A stretch of 64,000 nucleotides of DNA from Microbotryum violaceum. Lineage: Eukaryota. The stretch is from NCBI GenBank assembly GCA_001244265.2, contig CDLV01000006.1:2170001-2234000 (forward strand). Reading direction: 5' to 3'. Every line of letters starts with the position of its first letter. Positions within the stretch are counted from its first letter, which is position 1. A model generated the notes under the pieces. That model had not been told where the DNA came from. It saw only the letters and a list, made by a program, of their open reading frames with translations, and made no database searches. This document shows positions 59,827 to 64,000 of the stretch, one piece after another. Made by a program: the position numbers and the translations under genes.

Positions 59827-61917
59827 TTAGAAATGCGATACATCCTTGAGTCTCCATCGAGCCAACAAACTCGTCCACGTCCGGCCCTGGCCCTCCATAC
59901 CCCGCCCCGCCCAGTTCCGCTGCACGGGTTCCTCGCCCGTCTCGTTCGGCACAGTCGCTCCTACCGGCGGCGCGGGCGCGGATATCGGTGCACCCATGGG
60001 TGCTGGTGGGTCCACCCCGGACTCCGTCGTGGTCGCATCTTCAGAATCGTCGGCTGCCAATTGCGTACCACCGTCAGCTTCAAATCCGGCTCAGCGTTTG
60101 TCGGGTCGGAACTCACCGTCGTGTTGAGTTCCAGCGGCTTGCCTCATCTCTCCTCGTTCCCGCTTCCCCCGCAACATAAGCGCCCTAAGTCCCCAACCCC
60201 TACGTACATCGTCGGGCAGCCTGGGTGGTAATGCGGCTCGGGCCACAGCGGCTTCGTCGTGGGCGTCTCGAAGGCGCATGAAGAAGGGCGAGAGCCATGC
60301 AACAACGGGCGAGTAGAAGTGGTGTGAGGGCGGCGGTGTCGAACCGGATGAATCCGAGGCCTCCGAGCTGGGCGCAGGGCGTCGACCTGACCGCGATCCA
60401 GCAGGTCGGGGTGCGCCGTTAGGGGCGGTGGCTGTTGCTGGAGCAGCATTCGTCCCATTCGAAGCGTTCGGCCCCAGCTCCTGAAGTTCAATCTCCTCAG
60501 TCGTGTTCTGCCGGCTAGGTCGCATCGGCCGTCGTCTCAAGGATATGGGACCCGAACCCGCTGAGCCAAGCACAGATCCGCCGCCTTCGCGCTTGTCGAT
60601 TCGCTCCTTCGCCTCCCGCTTGCGCAACTTGGCCTCGGCGCGCTTCTTCTTCTTTGCTTCCCTTCGTTCCACGTCCTCGGCTTCCCCAGTCCACATCCCT
60701 GCGCCTACCCACCACCAAAATCCAACCCATGACTGCCACAGCAGAACACAGTCAATGACGGCAGGTAGCCATCGCATCCTGTCCTCCTTAATTTCGATAA
60801 AATTGACAGCGACGCCCAAGACCCCCAAGATCATAGCCACCGATCCGAACGTGGCCGTCCCTCCTTCGGCACGCCATGCCCGTGATCGGTTCAATGTCAA
60901 GCCCCAAACAAAAAGAGCGAAGGTGTAGAGTAGGGTAAGTGAAGAGTTGCACGTGTTGCGGATCGCATCGCCGAGATCGTTGACGGCGGGGTGGGGTGAG
61001 AGTGCGGTAAAGTGAAGGCCGGCAGTAGCGACGGCCAGGGGACCTGTGTGACGACAACGTATGAACAACACGGTCAGAGACGGCAAACCCAGGTAGGAAG
61101 ATAGACGAATCCCAATCGACGTACCGAGAAGACCCAGGATGAGTTTGGCCTCGAGTTCGGAGGGGAAGAGCATGGTCAAGAACTGAATGTGGGTCAAGTG
61201 AACCAGCATCGCTGCTAGAGCTTGCAGCAGCAGCCATGCCCCTCGCTCGCCTTCATTCCATATCGACGGTGGTATCAAGACTTCGACTGTGAAATCCCGA
61301 CGACGGTTGCATCAGCCAATCAAATCCTTCCAAGTACCGCCCGCGGAGCGAAGAAAGGGGGGGGGGGGCACGCACTGTAGTCGAACGTCCACGGCTCGGT
61401 GCGCCCGTCCGTCTGAGTGTATGCATAACGACTTCGAGCTCTGCTGCGACGTTGATAAGGCAAACGACGACCGCGGAGATCTGGGAGTGTACGGTGGAAC
61501 GTGATCAGATAGCCCTGCAGAAATTCACCAGTACGGAGCCAGCGACCGACCTGGAGAGAGTAGTTGAGCTTGGACAGCGGCATGTGATATCGGACAGTGA
61601 AGAGCAAGTGCACGAGCAGCATGCCCAACAGGGCCACGGTGACACTAAGGACGATGAGCTGTACCGGCATCGAGTAGGTGAATGCGGGCAAGGCGTCTGT
61701 TGTAACGGACAGAATGTGCCAACAACGGCGATGCACGCTGGCATGGGTCAGCTCATGAGGGTCAAGCAGACAGCGAAGGCGTCGTCCGCTCGGGCCGCGA
61801 CAGCTCCTGCTTTGGGATGGGGAGAGAGGCATCCCGCGCAAACTGACCAATCAGAGGATTGATCGAGTCGTCGACACCATCAATGTCCCTTCGTAGGATG
61901 GCCGCGCTGCACGCCAT
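59827..61917 (-). CDS. PalH/Rim21-like multi-pass membrane protein (putative ambient pH sensor); start uncertain
   Basis: AFTYSMPVQLIVLSVT...LLVHLLFTVRYHMPLSKLNYSLQ, THIQFLTMLFPS.LE and WWWVG, about 7 hydrophobic segments, and a charged C-terminal tail. Confidence 0.7.
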
Positions 61918-63356
61918 AGAAGCACGCGTCCTCAAGGTCAGTCATCTTTCGTGGCGCAGGTCCACGGCGATGGTCGTCACGAGGGGCTTACGCGCTGCAC
62001 CGATCGATCCGAGCCACAAATAGCGCGGCCGCGGTGGCGGCGCCTCGAGGGAGCATCCTCAGCGGCACTCCCTATCGTCGTCTGCGCCACCAGAGGAACG
62101 GGGTACGGTCACAGCAGGTGCTAGGGACCCTCCGGAGGGTACACCCAGCGGGTAGTACGACGGGGTCGGCGGGTCGAATGAGGCGGGCGCCCAGTCAGCC
62201 GAGGTTCAGCGTCAGCGAGCCGCGCTCGTGAGAAGGGGTGGTGGTCGAGGTCGACTTGGACCCGGACGAGTGGAGCGACCACGGCACAGTGTGCAACCGC
62301 GGGCCACGCCAAGGGGTCGGGGCAACGGGTGAGCAGTGACCAGGTGGTCGGCACAGCGTGAGATGGTAGGTAGCGAAGAGGTTGCACTGGAAAGGTGGTA
62401 GCTACACGTATCGTTGCCGCGGGTGATACATGCACAATCATCTCGGGCCTCGGGGCTCGAAACGGCGCTGGCCAACTGCAAAAGCGCAGCCGCATACACG
62501 CGCCGGCCATTGAGCCAATTTCGACTCGCATGGGCGCTGTCGCCCCGTTGCTAAAATAGGGTCTAGAACTACCGAGCGCACGATCCTTCCGGCCCCTTGG
62601 CAGGCGAATCGTCGATAACCGAGCGTTCCACCAACGCTACCTTGAGTGAAGGCATTGCCTTCCTCAAGAAATCGGTTCCCATTTTCTCGTTAGGGCCGAG
62701 GTAGCCTTGGATGGCCGACGAAGGGTGCACAGGGTAGCAACTTATATTACTTAAGATCAGTGGCCTTCGGGAGCTTTCGGTCGGCGGGAAAGCTTGGCTC
62801 GCATTCATGCAAACCGAGATGCTCGATTGGTAGGCATGATAGATGCTTTTAAGGTGACGCCGTTCAATATTGTGCGGTAGCTTATTAATCACTTCGGTAG
62901 CCGGCCCTAGCCAGTGATCCCCAGAAGCATGATGCAGCGCGACAACTCGGAGGAATATCTTAGATTGACTTCAATCAATCGAGCGTACGCGTGCGAACCG
63001 CGAGAGTCGACAGGGTTCTTGGTGTACGTGCATATTCAGACCGTACGTGGAGCGATCTGAACAATCCACCACGAAAAGCAAACCAGCTCTAATAGAATAT
63101 CCATTTCCAATCTTGAGCTCGAAAGCGACTCCATGAGCAAACTAACCCCAACCTTCGCCCACCAGTGGGACGAGCTGGAACGTGGACTGAGGCTTTGGTC
63201 ACGTGCCTCGGAGCGCCTGTGACGGACTCGGAGTGATCGCGCACTTTGCGCTGCGACTCCTGACTCCCCAACCTGCAACTCGCTCGACAGCGCTCGAGCC
63301 ACAGCCGTTTCGACTTGCTCTTGACACCTGCTTTACTCGCCCAGCAAAGAGGCTTG

Positions 63357-64000
63357 ATGGAGGCCGTCAGCCCACCCCTGTATTCGTCGACGGCAGCATC
63401 GGTCGCCCCCCCCGCGGTGCTGCTCAACGTCGCCCCTCTGCCGACCCACAACGACTTTCTCCTCGGCCATCTCGGATACGGGCAAGCGTCACTGCAGGGC
63501 GAGGTTCAGGTCAAGTACACGAGCGAGCATGGTCATGGCCAAGCGTCACGGCCGTCCAAGTTGGAGGTGTGCTTCCGTGGCGTCGAGCGACGTTATGGCC
63601 TCGGAGAGATCGAGCTATGCGAGCAGCGCAAGACCTTATGGGGTTGGGGTGCACAGGGTTCCTCCTCAAGCATGGAACAGGGCGACGACGTCCCCCCACC
63701 TTCGACCGTATTCAAATTCGACGTGACGCAGGACCTGCCCCACTGCATCCATCTCGCACAGTCCTCGCTCGAGTACACGCTCACCGCGACGCTCCACTCG
63801 GACGATGCCAGTGTGCCCCCTCTCGTGCAATGCGTCCCCATTCATCTAGCACGAACCTCGCCCCCGGGCCCTCTCTCAAGCGAACTCGTCTCGTCCGCTC
63901 CCGCTCCCGCTTCGGCCGATGGTTCGAGGCCAAGCTTGTCGCCGCACTCCGTCTCGCGCCAAAACCCGATCCATTTCACCGTGCACTTCTCGAGGACGGT
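63357..64000 (+). CDS. Hypothetical protein with an arrestin-N-like beta-sandwich pattern, truncated by the window end
   Basis: Open frame from ATG 63357 to the window end: ASLQGEVQVKY..KLEVCFRGVE..LCEQRKTLWG..FKFDVTQDLPHCIH..SSLEYTLTATL. Confidence 0.6.
   Translation, partial: MEAVSPPLYSSTAASVAPPAVLLNVAPLPTHNDFLLGHLGYGQASLQGEVQVKYTSEHGHGQASRPSKLEVCFRGVERRYGLGEIELCEQRKTLWGWGAQGSSSSMEQGDDVPPPSTVFKFDVTQDLPHCIHLAQSSLEYTLTATLHSDDASVPPLVQCVPIHLARTSPPGPLSSELVSSAPAPASADGSRPSLSPHSVSRQNPIHFTVHFSRT

Overview
Intron-rich fungal nuclear DNA, most likely from a basidiomycete yeast of the Pucciniomycotina/Microbotryomycetes type (inferred from the Rhodotorula-like PAL and the GTRAGT/CTRAC/YAG introns). 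Host genes in order: an unknown membrane/low-complexity protein, a Mug190-like SMP/C2 protein, a Srk1/Rck2-type CAMK kinase, a DHA1-type MFS transporter, a hexose-6-phosphate 1-epimerase, TRS85/TRAPPC8, a YCII protein, DNA polymerase zeta REV3, phenylalanine ammonia-lyase, an SDR, a PalH/Rim21-like protein and the start of an arrestin-fold-like gene. Two accessory islands interrupt them. Island 1 (about 18.3-33.1 kb) holds a TIR element with CAGGACC ends, a decayed CACTA/EnSpm transposase, a deleted LINE and a KDZ transposase. Island 2 (about 46.5-52.5 kb, directly upstream of REV3) holds two mitochondrial insertions (nad2-nad3 with a group I intron, and the 3' part of the SSU rRNA), a hAT-like element nested in a second CAGGACC element, a pogo-like element, a poly(A) micro-retroinsertion and a noxR gene stub. 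A small non-autonomous Helitron lies at about 14.1-14.7 kb. All family calls come from motif recognition by eye, with no database search. Exon boundaries and some element ends are approximate.
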